Source: Sphingopyxis sp. RIFCSPHIGHO2_12_FULL_65_19
GTDB lineage: Bacteria > Pseudomonadota > Alphaproteobacteria > Sphingomonadales > Sphingomonadaceae
Assembly: GCF_001830555.1 (NCBI RefSeq)
Contig: NZ_MIAM01000014.1
Location: forward strand, 1,332-65,331
Direction: 5' to 3'
DNA: 64,000 bases
The notes under the pieces are model-generated. The model saw only the letters and a program-made list of their open reading frames with translations. It did not search any database and was not told the DNA's origin. The translations under genes were made by a program, and so were the position numbers. This document shows, one piece after another, positions 57,696-64,000 of this stretch; within the stretch, counting starts at the first letter, position 1, and the number at the start of each line of letters is the position of its first letter.

Positions 57696-58538
57696 ATGAT
57701 CCTGTCTTTCCTGCCTGCCCTGTCCGCCCTGTTCTTCCAGCCCGCCGCCGACGCGCCGCTGGTCGTCGCATCCTATCTTTATCCCGGTGTCGACCGCCAT
57801 GCCGCGCTCGTCCCGCTGGCCGATCGCGTCGCACGGGCCGCGAAACGGCCGGTGCGGATCGAATTGTTCGGAAATCCGGATGCGCTGTCACAGGCGGTTT
57901 GCGACGGGCGGGTCGACGTGGCGATGACCAATCTCGGCGCCTATGTGACGATGCGCGATTGCCCGGCCGTCGCCGCTGTCGCCGTGCTCGACGTGCCCCC
58001 TGCCATGCTGGAAAAATATCGCGGCGTGCTGCTCACCCGCGCCGATACCGGCATCGCCGGGCTTGGCGACCTTGTCGCAAAGGCCGCCGAAATTCGATAC
58101 AGCGAAGTCTTGCCCGGATCGACGTCGGGCGCGCTTGTCCAGGCGGCGGAACTGCGGACGCTTGGCCTCTCGCCCGGCCGCTTTGCCGAAACGCGCCATT
58201 CGGGCACCCATGATGCCGCGCTTCAGGATTTGCTGACCGGACGGGCCGATCTTGCCGCATCGGCCGAACAGCCCTGGCACCGGATGCAAATGGCGCAGCC
58301 CGGCCGCGCCGCGACGCTCCGCCTGCTGTGGCGTTCCGCGCCCTTGCCACCCGGCCCGGTCGTGTGCCGCGCGGCGGCGGCGGTGCCCTGCGCCGCGATC
58401 CGCGATGCCCTGCTGGCCGATGACGCCGCCGACGCCGCGCGGGCTTTGTCCGGGGGCTGGATCGAAACGCGCGGATCGGAAAAGTTCCGCGCTTATGACG
58501 AGGCGACCTACGCGCCGTTCAAACGGGACACAGACTGA
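57696..58538 (+). CDS. PhnD-like phosphate/phosphonate-type solute-binding protein with no adjacent ABC genes
   Basis: Signal peptide; YRGVLLTR, STSGAL, THDAALQDLLTGRADLAA, PPGPVV. Confidence 0.75.
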   Translation: MILSFLPALSALFFQPAADAPLVVASYLYPGVDRHAALVPLADRVARAAKRPVRIELFGNPDALSQAVCDGRVDVAMTNLGAYVTMRDCPAVAAVAVLDVPPAMLEKYRGVLLTRADTGIAGLGDLVAKAAEIRYSEVLPGSTSGALVQAAELRTLGLSPGRFAETRHSGTHDAALQDLLTGRADLAASAEQPWHRMQMAQPGRAATLRLLWRSAPLPPGPVVCRAAAAVPCAAIRDALLADDAADAARALSGGWIETRGSEKFRAYDEATYAPFKRDTD

Positions 58539-58595
58539 CGGACTTGCCGTCGTCGGGAATCGCCATTCCAATTGGGGCTTTGCGCTGACCCTAAT

Positions 58596-58633
58596 GATGT
58601 CGGGGAACGCGCGGAACCGCGCTCCCCGACATC
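58596..58633. other. Strong hairpin GATGTCGGGGA...TCCCCGACATC
   Basis: 11-bp outer stem plus an inner CGCG stem; no U-tract on either side. Confidence 0.6.
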
Positions 58634-58706
58634 GCCATGCAAGCGGGACTGCTCATTGGCAGCTACGGATATGCCGCCCTTCGACCAGCAAGGGGATAGG
58701 CGACCC

Positions 58707-58735
58707 GACGAACGGCGTGCTCGCGCGACGAAATG
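58707..58735 (-). promoter_or_regulatory. LytTR-type tandem box (CATTTCGTC-N11-CCGTTCGTC on the minus strand) with no annotated gene downstream
   Basis: Boxes at 58727-58735 and 58707-58715. Confidence 0.65.
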
Positions 58736-58779
58736 CCCGGATCGCTGCATGAAGACGATGGATGCAAAGGCGTGCCCGC

Positions 58780-58824
58780 CCGTTCGTCGCAGCCCTCGCG
58801 CGTTCGTCGCGCACCGCCTTGCCC
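58780..58824 (+). promoter_or_regulatory. LytTR-type tandem box (CCGTTCGTC-N11-GCGTTCGTC) followed 10 bp later by TTGCCC
   Basis: Boxes at 58780-58788 and 58800-58808. Confidence 0.75.
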
Positions 58825-58875
58825 GGTTCATGGCGTCGGGCATGGCATTTCGCCCGATCATATAATGGACACCCC

Positions 58876-59904
58876 ATGCCGCTTTCCTACCGCACCCTGC
58901 TGCTCGTCAGCCTGGCCCTGCCGCTCCCCGCGGTGGCGCAGACGCCCCCTCCCACCCCGAACCAGTCGGCGGCGGAGTCGCGGCGCGAAATCGCGAACAG
59001 CCGGCGCGAAGCGCGCACGAATCTGGAGCGCGGCATACGCGGCGAAATCGACCCGCGCGAAATCCGGCGCGCGCGTGAAGCGGGCCCGGCCGGCAGCTCG
59101 GCCGTGGCGCCAGAGGTCATCGCGCGCTGGCAAGCCACGCCGCCGCAGCAGCTGGGCACCGATCCCGATTTCGTGCGCGCGATGCAGAATGAAGACCCCG
59201 CCGCTCTCGCCCATTGGGAAGGCGTGCTGATGGAAATGAACCGCGATTTGAATGCAGACGCGGGATCGCGCCGGTGGTTGGGCGGCCCGGTCCTTATCCC
59301 CGATCAGGACACGGTCCATATCACGGTCGGCGACCGCCCCAACCAACCGCCAGCGCGCCGGGGCGTAAAGCGCAAGCCCGCCGAAGAAAAGCGCCAGGAC
59401 GAAACGCCGCGCCGGAAACGCAATCCGATTCAGGAACGCGAGGCGCTGGAACGCGACCGGCGCGAGGCGGGCCGCCAATATGCCGACGCCATGCGGCGGC
59501 GCGACGAAAATCCGGGCAATCAGGAACTGATCCGGTTGGCCGAGCGCGAAGCGACGCGAGTCCGGCTCGCCGAAGAAGGCTATCAGGCGTTCCTGCGCGA
59601 ACACGCGCCCGACGAATATCGCGCGCGTCAGCAACAGCTCGAAACGATCGATTGGCGGATGGTGGAGCCGCGTGCGCTCGACCCGTCGAAACTGCCGCGC
59701 CCTGCCGAACCCGCGGAACGCCCGGACGCCCCGCCGCTGTCCGAATATGACGGGCGCCTCGGCACCAATCCCGACCATCGGCTGCGCGGAACGCCCGAAG
59801 GTGGCGAAGGCCCCGTCCTCCCCCCTCGCGCCAATACACAGCCTGCGCCGCAGCGGCCGAAAAGCCCCCAGCTCCCCGAATATCGTCCGCCTGCGGCGGA
59901 TTAG
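58876..59904 (+). CDS. Secreted Arg/Glu/Pro-rich hypothetical protein
   Basis: Signal peptide MPLSYRTLLLVSLALPLPAVA; charged helical middle; Pro-rich tail. Confidence 0.6.
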   Translation: MPLSYRTLLLVSLALPLPAVAQTPPPTPNQSAAESRREIANSRREARTNLERGIRGEIDPREIRRAREAGPAGSSAVAPEVIARWQATPPQQLGTDPDFVRAMQNEDPAALAHWEGVLMEMNRDLNADAGSRRWLGGPVLIPDQDTVHITVGDRPNQPPARRGVKRKPAEEKRQDETPRRKRNPIQEREALERDRREAGRQYADAMRRRDENPGNQELIRLAEREATRVRLAEEGYQAFLREHAPDEYRARQQQLETIDWRMVEPRALDPSKLPRPAEPAERPDAPPLSEYDGRLGTNPDHRLRGTPEGGEGPVLPPRANTQPAPQRPKSPQLPEYRPPAAD

Positions 59905-59939
59905 AGCGGCCAGCGTCAAATCGGCTTGATTGCCCAAAG

Positions 59940-60026
59940 CCGTTCCTGCTGAGCTGGTCGAAGCACCGTCCTGTCCTTCGGCGTCAGACAGAAAGAACGG
60001 CCCTTCGACCAGTTCAGGGCGAACGG
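59940..60026. repeat. Intergenic palindromic element (CCGTTCCTGCTGAGCTGGTCGAAG...CTTCGACCAGTTCAGGGCGAACGG)
   Basis: Imperfect inverted arms, related to the element at 2755-2836. Confidence 0.75.
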
Positions 60027-60098
60027 CCCTTATTCGGCGCGCAACGCTATGGCGCGTCGGCGGCCGCCTTCCTTTCCACCGTTGGATCGTCCCATGAC

Positions 60099-60134
60099 AA
60101 AAAAGGGGGCGGGTTCTTGCGAACCCGCCCCCTT
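60099..60134 (-). terminator. Rho-independent terminator of the TonB-dependent receptor gene
   Basis: 14-bp stem AAGGGGGCGGGTTC/GAACCCGCCCCCTT, 4-nt loop, U6 tract on the minus strand. Confidence 0.9.
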
Positions 60135-60153
60135 CGCGTTTCGGCGTGACGTA

Positions 60154-63051
60154 TCAGAAGCTCAGGCTGGCACCGACCGTGAAGGCCCGTCCGAACAGGT
60201 CGAACGCGTCGCCCGTCTCAAGCCCCGTCGGCGTGCCGAACGGCGTGCCGGGCAGGTAGGGCGGCTGGGTGTCGAACACATTGTCGATCCCGAAGTAAAA
60301 GCTGTATTTCCGATCGATCTCATACCGGACCTGCAAGTCGTGCAGCCAGTAATCGTCGATCTTGTTCAGCGCCAGGATGTCGGGATTGGCGCTGGTAAAG
60401 TTCAGCACATAATCGCCGCCGCTCATGAACTTGGTCTGCCAGCTGAAGGTGACATCATCGACCGAATAGGCAGCCCGGCCAGTGAAGCGATGGCGCGAAA
60501 AGGCCTGTCCGAACGTGCCCGCAGCGTCCTCGACCGGCGCGACCGGGTCGGCCTGCGTCGAATTTTCGATCAGGTAGGTATAGTTCGCCGTGATCGACAA
60601 CCGATCGTCGGGGGCGATGCCCAGCCCGGTCCAATAGCGCAGGCCGACGTCGATGCCGCTATTCTTGTATCCGGCGACATTGATCAGCTGGCCGTCGACC
60701 CGCGTGACACGGCCGGTGTTCGCATTGCGGACGACATTGTCGCAATACAGCGGCAGGTCGGTGAGCAGGCACTGCTGGATCGAATAGGTGCGATCGATCG
60801 TGTTGATCGCGCGGTCGATGGCGATGTCATAATAATCGACCGTCAGCGACAGGTTGGGCACCTGCACCGGCGTGATGACCGCACCGATGGTGAAGGTTCG
60901 CGCCTTCTCTTCCTGCAAGTCCAGGTTTCCGCCCTGGAAACCGTTGATGCCCTGCAAATCGGCGAGCGTATATTCAAATATGCCGTTCGCCGCGATCGCG
61001 GCCTGGATCGCCGGGACCGCGCGGCAGGCCGCCGCATATTCGTTCGACGTCGATGCCGTCACGCCGTTGCAGGGATCGGCCACCGACGCAAAGGTTTCGG
61101 ACGGCTGGCCGAACAGTTCGGACGCGTTCGGTGCCCGGTTCGCCTCGGCATAAACGCCGCGCAGGCGCAATCCGTCGAACGGCTCAAGCTCGGCGCCGAC
61201 GTTCCAGCTCAGCACGCTGCCCACCGTCGAATAATCCGACAAGCGTGCCGCCGCGATCAGGCCGAAATGGTCGACGAAGCTGTCGCGGATCAGCGGGACA
61301 TTCACTTCGCCATAGATTTCCTTGACCGAATAGCTGCCGACAAGGTCGGGGGTCTGGTTGCCCGAATTGCCGCCGGTGTTGGTCAGTATGTCCCAGTCGC
61401 TGACCGATTTTTCCTTGCGATATTCAAATCCGATCGCAAACCCGACGTCGCCCGCGCCCAGATCGAACGGCGTGCCGCTGATCGTGGCGGTCGCCACATG
61501 CTGCTGGTTCGTGATTTCCTGCGATTTGGGGATCACCGCCTGGACATAGGCGGCCGCGCGCGGATCGACCGTATCATAACCGAACAGGTTGATCGGAATG
61601 CAACCCTCGGCGCGCGCCGAGGCGTCGGCGCAGACGATATCGACGCCCAGAACATTGCCCGGTCCCACCCGGACGGCATTCAGCGCGTTGCGATAGCGAC
61701 GATTGTCGATATCCTCGCTGGCGTTGTAATCGTTCATATAGCCATAGACATAGCTGGCTTCATATTTGAACCGCGAACCCAGGTCGCCGCGAAGGCCCGC
61801 CACGGCACGCCAGGTGTCGCGCCGCACGACATTGCTGCGGTCGAAAACGTCATTCTGGCGGCGCCGGAACTGGATCGCCGCGACGTCATTGTCAGGGTCG
61901 GCATCGCTGTTGCGCGCCGCGATCGCCGCGGCGACATCGGTGGGGATGAAGGGGTTGGCGATCGACATGCCCAGGTCGTCGGCGCCGGTGTAAACATCGG
62001 TCCACTCCAGCGCGAAGGGCTCGATCTGGCTGTTGGAACTGACCCGGCCATAGGTCAGCTCGCCGAACAGCTCCGCCCCGTCGGCGATGTCGAAATTCGC
62101 GATCGCCGACGCCAGATAGCGTTCGACGGGCACCGAAATATAGCGGTCGTTGTTGCGGTTGTAGCCTGCACCGGCCGGGAAGCCCGCCACGACATTGTTG
62201 CCGCGGTCAAAGGTGAACAGGCTGCCGCCCTGATAGGCGGTGTTGGCAACGCCATCGGCGTCGACAAGGTTGAACCAGCCCTGCGACGCATAGCTGCTGT
62301 AGGATGCGGGGCCGCAGATCAGGCCCGCGCAATCCTGGGCCGATCGGGCGCGATTGCGCGACAGCAGCCCGTCGTCGCGGTCATAGGTGAAATTCACCAG
62401 AATGTTGCCGCGATCGTCGGCGCCAAAGCTGGTGCCGGCGGTGACGCTGGTCATATAGCGCGCGTTATCGCCCCGGCCGGTCAGGCCGGCCTGGCCGCGG
62501 ATCGAAACCCCCTCGAAACGGTCCTTCAGGATGAAGTTCACGACGCCCGCGACGGCATCCGAACCATAGACCGCCGACGATCCGCCGGTGACGATCTCGA
62601 CCCGCTCGACGAAATCGGTCGGGATATTGTTGACGTCGACCGCCGAATCCCCGGGAAGCCCGCCGACCATGCGGCGGCCGTTGACCAGCACCAGCGTGCG
62701 CGACTCGCCCAGGCCTCTGAGGTCGATCGTCGCCACGCCGGTTCCGGAAATCAGGAAGTTGGAATTGGCGCGCGTCAGGCCGATCGCCACCTGCGGCATT
62801 TCGTTCAGCGTGTCCTGGATATTCTGCGCGGCGTCATATTGCAGGTCGCTGTTGCTGACCACCGACAGCGGCACCGGGGCATCCACATCGTGGCGCGCGA
62901 TACGCGATCCGGTCACGACGATCGCCTCCCCCTCGGTGGCGGCGTCGTTCGCCATTTCCTGGGCGGCGGCCGGTCCCGAAATCAGCGCCACCGCGATGGC
63001 AACGGACGCAGCACCGGCACCCAGAAGGCGCCCGCGAACAGTCTTATTCAT
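60154..63051 (-). CDS. TonB-dependent receptor (965 aa)
   Basis: Signal peptide; EAIVVTGSRI; IDLRGLGESRTLVLVNGRR; ERVEIVTGGSSAVYGSDAVAGVVNFILK; terminal Phe. Confidence 0.95.
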   Translation of the reverse strand: MNKTVRGRLLGAGAASVAIAVALISGPAAAQEMANDAATEGEAIVVTGSRIARHDVDAPVPLSVVSNSDLQYDAAQNIQDTLNEMPQVAIGLTRANSNFLISGTGVATIDLRGLGESRTLVLVNGRRMVGGLPGDSAVDVNNIPTDFVERVEIVTGGSSAVYGSDAVAGVVNFILKDRFEGVSIRGQAGLTGRGDNARYMTSVTAGTSFGADDRGNILVNFTYDRDDGLLSRNRARSAQDCAGLICGPASYSSYASQGWFNLVDADGVANTAYQGGSLFTFDRGNNVVAGFPAGAGYNRNNDRYISVPVERYLASAIANFDIADGAELFGELTYGRVSSNSQIEPFALEWTDVYTGADDLGMSIANPFIPTDVAAAIAARNSDADPDNDVAAIQFRRRQNDVFDRSNVVRRDTWRAVAGLRGDLGSRFKYEASYVYGYMNDYNASEDIDNRRYRNALNAVRVGPGNVLGVDIVCADASARAEGCIPINLFGYDTVDPRAAAYVQAVIPKSQEITNQQHVATATISGTPFDLGAGDVGFAIGFEYRKEKSVSDWDILTNTGGNSGNQTPDLVGSYSVKEIYGEVNVPLIRDSFVDHFGLIAAARLSDYSTVGSVLSWNVGAELEPFDGLRLRGVYAEANRAPNASELFGQPSETFASVADPCNGVTASTSNEYAAACRAVPAIQAAIAANGIFEYTLADLQGINGFQGGNLDLQEEKARTFTIGAVITPVQVPNLSLTVDYYDIAIDRAINTIDRTYSIQQCLLTDLPLYCDNVVRNANTGRVTRVDGQLINVAGYKNSGIDVGLRYWTGLGIAPDDRLSITANYTYLIENSTQADPVAPVEDAAGTFGQAFSRHRFTGRAAYSVDDVTFSWQTKFMSGGDYVLNFTSANPDILALNKIDDYWLHDLQVRYEIDRKYSFYFGIDNVFDTQPPYLPGTPFGTPTGLETGDAFDLFGRAFTVGASLSF

Positions 63052-63186
63052 TTTTTTGCACTCCCTGTTGAAAGCCCATGGCGCCGGAGCGAATTCGCTT
63101 CCCTTGGCGCGCGTGGCTGTCGCCCGCGAGGCTGCGGACGCGAACGCAGCCATAGGAATATCCCGCCATCAACAGACACCCCTTGC

Positions 63187-63215
63187 GCCCAATGGTGCAG
63201 TGCCGCGACAAACGG
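63187..63215 (-). promoter_or_regulatory. LytTR-type tandem box (CCGTTTGTC-N11-CCATTGGGC on the minus strand)
   Basis: Boxes at 63207-63215 and 63187-63195, oriented toward the TonB receptor. Confidence 0.62.
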
Positions 63216-63389
63216 CGCACAGCCGGAGACGATGACGATCGGCGCGATGATATCCGCCCGCGCGGACAGCGCGTCGAGGTTGCTGCTGGAAAAGTGAGGA
63301 TTATGGGGTCGAAAAACGGCCGGCGACAGGCGCTGACCGCGGGAGGCGCCAAAACAAAGACGAGTGCCGTGCCACGCTTTGTTCCGAAA

Positions 63390-63466
63390 TGGCGCGCCCG
63401 GCAGGATTCGAACCTGCGACCACCCGCTTAGAAGGCGGGTGCTCTATCCAGCTGAGCTACGGGCGC
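63390..63466 (-). tRNA. tRNA-Arg (anticodon UCU)
   Basis: 77 nt; acceptor stem GCGCCCG/CGGGCGC, anticodon arm CCCGC-CTTCTAA-GCGGG, GGTTCGAATCC T-arm, encoded CCA. Confidence 0.97.
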
Positions 63467-63536
63467 GCAGCGCATTTGCGTCGCGGCGCGAATAGCGCGG
63501 TTTGCGCGGGCTGCAAAGCAGGTTAAGCAGCGGTCG

Positions 63537-64000
63537 ATGTCCGATTCCGCCGCGCCCCCATCCCAACTAGCCCCCGTCAGCGCGGCCGATATCCGGCATT
63601 TCCGCTATTATGACCTGGTCATGGCGGCGTTCGTCGCCGTCCTGCTTCTCAGCAACATCATCGGCGCGTCGAAATTGTCGATGGTCGGCGGCCTCACCTT
63701 CGGCGCCGGGATCCTGTTCTTTCCAATCAGCTATGTCATCGGCGACGTGCTGACCGAAGTTTATGGCTATGCGCGCGCGCGCCGCGTGATCTGGGCCGGG
63801 TTCGGCGCACTGTTGTTCATGGCGGTGATGAGCTGGATCGTGCTGGCGATGCCGCCCGCGCAAGACTGGTGGTGCAGCGGTGCCGACGCCCTCACGCCAA
63901 AGGCTGGCGAACCCGCCGGGACCGGCGCGGTGTGCCAGGCAACATATGAAAGTGTGTTCGGCAGCGCCTGGCGCATCGTCTTGGCGTCGATGGTCGCTTT
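63537..64000 (+). CDS. Queuosine precursor transporter (YhhQ/VUT family), 3' end outside the window
   Basis: Not in the ORF track. Manual translation gives LLLSNIIGASK...GAGILFFPISYVIGDVLTEVYGYARARRVIWAGF. Confidence 0.88.
   Translation, partial: MSDSAAPPSQLAPVSAADIRHFRYYDLVMAAFVAVLLLSNIIGASKLSMVGGLTFGAGILFFPISYVIGDVLTEVYGYARARRVIWAGFGALLFMAVMSWIVLAMPPAQDWWCSGADALTPKAGEPAGTGAVCQATYESVFGSAWRIVLASMVA

Noticed and set aside
60049-63297. 1082-aa plus-strand ORF
   Set aside because: Antisense to the TonB-dependent receptor, which has all expected motifs and its own terminator.
63300-63466. Integrase or att direct repeat at tRNA-Arg
   Set aside because: No integrase, transposase or duplicated tRNA 3' end was seen in the window.
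63467-63537. preQ1 riboswitch before the queuosine precursor transporter
   Set aside because: The 70-bp gap shows no AGAGGUUCUAG-like loop or A-rich tail.
1-64000. CRISPR array, cas genes, prophage, IS elements, rRNA
   Set aside because: No regularly spaced repeat-spacer array and no matching protein motifs were seen. The 20-bp-period dyads are two-copy sites, not arrays.

Overview
This is a high-GC alphaproteobacterial chromosome segment, Sphingomonadaceae-like (inferred from gene content and intergenic palindrome families). It has five blocks. (1) 1-16.5 kb is a core/metabolic region: a neutral-lipid operon (HAD-PlsC fusion, PlsB, WS/DGAT running off the left edge), zwf-edd-eda, glpD, SDR/AraC and AKR-MFS-MOSC/LysR cassettes, and several REP-like palindromes. 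(2) 16.5-20.8 kb holds fdhD-mobA converging on a FdhF/YdeP molybdoenzyme. (3) 20.8-33.7 kb is a 13-gene minus-strand Ter stress-response operon with the full predicted nucleoside-like-metabolite module (ATP-grasp, two PRTase-fold proteins, HAD, CitE-like), an unusual TerD-like/trypsin fusion, and TelA, XpaC-like and AIM24 genes. (4) 34-39.5 kb is a LacI-controlled hexuronate cluster with two visible operators. (5) 39.5-63.3 kb is a block of mostly secreted/surface genes ending at tRNA-Arg(UCU). The strongest new signal is in block 5. Seven intergenic tandem copies of a 9-bp box (consensus about CCGTTYGTC, the AlgR-type LytTR site) occur with an exact 20-bp period. Six lie in the sense orientation upstream of a gene: a 1954-aa RTX-repeat autotransporter, an orphan secreted-protein operon, a CPBP protease/PhnD-like pair, a TonB receptor and two orphan genes. 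The seventh points at no annotated gene. This suggests an undescribed LytS/LytTR envelope regulon controlled by the two-component pair at 54.8-56.8 kb. All calls come from motif reading only; no database searches were run. Several starts were moved from the ORF track to more plausible codons.
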